From the NCBI GenBank assembly GCA_015066805.1, contig SVNP01000003.1, positions 57,860-121,859 on the forward strand: a DNA stretch of 64,000 nt. The letters run 5' to 3'. The notes under the pieces were generated by a model. The model was not told the origin of the DNA and ran no database searches. It saw only the letters and a program-made list of their open reading frames with translations. Source of the DNA: Ruminococcus sp. (lineage in GTDB: Bacteria; Bacillota; Clostridia; Oscillospirales; Ruminococcaceae). Shown here piece after piece: positions 63,136-64,000 of this stretch (its first letter is position 1; the number at the start of each line of letters is the position of its first letter). The translations under genes were made by a program, and so were the position numbers.

Positions 63136-63621
63136 TTGCAACATCATGAGAACGAGGCGTTATATGCGTTTCGTACTTTTGGCGATACTGCTTTGCGGTT
63201 TGCGGTCTGCTGCACACAGAACCGTGCCGAGGCAGAGGACATCGTGCAGGATGTGCTGCTGATGCTGCATACTGCGCCACGGCAGTTTGAATCGGATGAG
63301 CATATGAAGGCATGGCTGCTGCGTGCCATCCGTGACAGAGCCAAGAATTATCACCTGCGAAGCCGCCGCAGAGCTGCCGTGGAACTGGCTCAGGCGGAGG
63401 CTGTGGCTGCCTGCGGTGATTTTACCGAGGAATACGCTTTGCGTGAGCTGATCTTCTCTTTGCCAAAGAATTATGCCGTTGTGCTGTACCTCTACTATTT
63501 TGAGGGCTATCGCACCGGGGAAATTGCAATGCTGCTGGGTGAAAAGGAAAACACTGTCCGCACATGGCTGAAGCGGGGCAGAAAACGGCTGCAGCTTGCT
63601 CTGGAAGAACCCATCTGCTAA
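63136..63621 (+). CDS. ECF-type sigma-70 family sigma factor
   Basis: The region 2 block is AEDIVQDVLL...AWLLRAIRDRAKN. The region 4 HTH is YLYYFEGYRTGEIAMLLGEKENTVRTWLKRGRKRL. A TTG start lies 9 nt after an AGGAGG. Confidence 0.75.
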   Translation: MQHHENEALYAFRTFGDTALRFAVCCTQNRAEAEDIVQDVLLMLHTAPRQFESDEHMKAWLLRAIRDRAKNYHLRSRRRAAVELAQAEAVAACGDFTEEYALRELIFSLPKNYAVVLYLYYFEGYRTGEIAMLLGEKENTVRTWLKRGRKRLQLALEEPIC

Positions 63622-63633
63622 GGAGGTACGGAC

Positions 63634-64000
63634 ATGAAGCCATCCGAATTCAACAAAGTATTCCGTCGGCTGCGCTGGGATGAAAGCCGCCGTCTGGAGC
63701 TGGAAGCCATGCTGAGCCTTCCTGCCGTACAGCCCCAAAAACGAAAAAAAGCTGTAACGGAGGAGGTCATTCTCATGTCTTTGGAAACAAGAAACCATTC
63801 CCCTCGCAGCGGTTGGCGTACCGCTGCTGCCGCCCTGGGCGTATGTGCTGCTGTGGGCGTGATCGTTGGCGGTATTGCCTTGCTGGGCGGGAAAGAGGAT
63901 CCGCTGCTGCCCCAGACAAGTCTGTCGGGTCAGACATCGCAAAGCGGAAACGAAGCATCCGGCACAGATACAGGCAAAAGCCCCTTTGCATTTGTGGAGG
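63634..64000 (+). CDS. Putative anti-sigma factor (single TM), truncated by the window end
   Basis: ATG 63634 follows an AAGGAGG RBS, 12 nt after the sigma stop. The frame is open to position 64000 and contains the TM segment AAAALGVCAAVGVIVGGIALL. This ORF is not in the supplied track because no stop is reached. Confidence 0.55.
   Translation, partial: MKPSEFNKVFRRLRWDESRRLELEAMLSLPAVQPQKRKKAVTEEVILMSLETRNHSPRSGWRTAAAALGVCAAVGVIVGGIALLGGKEDPLLPQTSLSGQTSQSGNEASGTDTGKSPFAFVE

Overview
This 64-kb chromosomal window reads like a cellulosome-producing Ruminococcus/Oscillospiraceae-type Firmicute. Supporting signs are four secreted proteins ending in Ruminococcus-style dockerin modules, many near-consensus sigma-A promoters with 17-nt spacers, and frequent Thr-rich linkers. 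The taxonomic call is an impression from the sequence only. Most of the window is housekeeping or envelope genes: potABCD, a type-2 ileS, an aquaporin, a P-type cation ATPase, an MBOAT-DHHW-ACP surface-acylation cluster, a split chrA pair, pspA, pnuC, birA, gltX, a Val-Asp-Gly-Cys tRNA operon, hslO and a yerC-like regulator. Five blocks of accessory content stand out. (1) A compact roughly 7-kb phage head-and-neck-only module (terS, terL, portal, capsid, protease-scaffold, connector, three unknowns) has no tail, lysis, integrase or replication genes. (2) An EndoA/MazF-type toxin has no adjacent antitoxin and is covered antisense by the ATPase 3' region up to a terminator. (3) A cobalamin-riboswitch-controlled ECF transporter operon carries two secreted DUF4430 proteins, one with a split transcobalamin-like architecture. 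(4) Four dockerin-tagged proteins are present: a GH53 galactanase, two PL1 pectate lyases and an HExxH/beta-helix/LamG protein. (5) There are structured intergenic repeats and a six-hairpin array. I saw no rRNA, CRISPR array, transposase or integrase. CDS coordinates follow the supplied ORF track, with starts re-picked by hand from RBS and promoter context. All family calls come from motif recognition by eye, not from searches.
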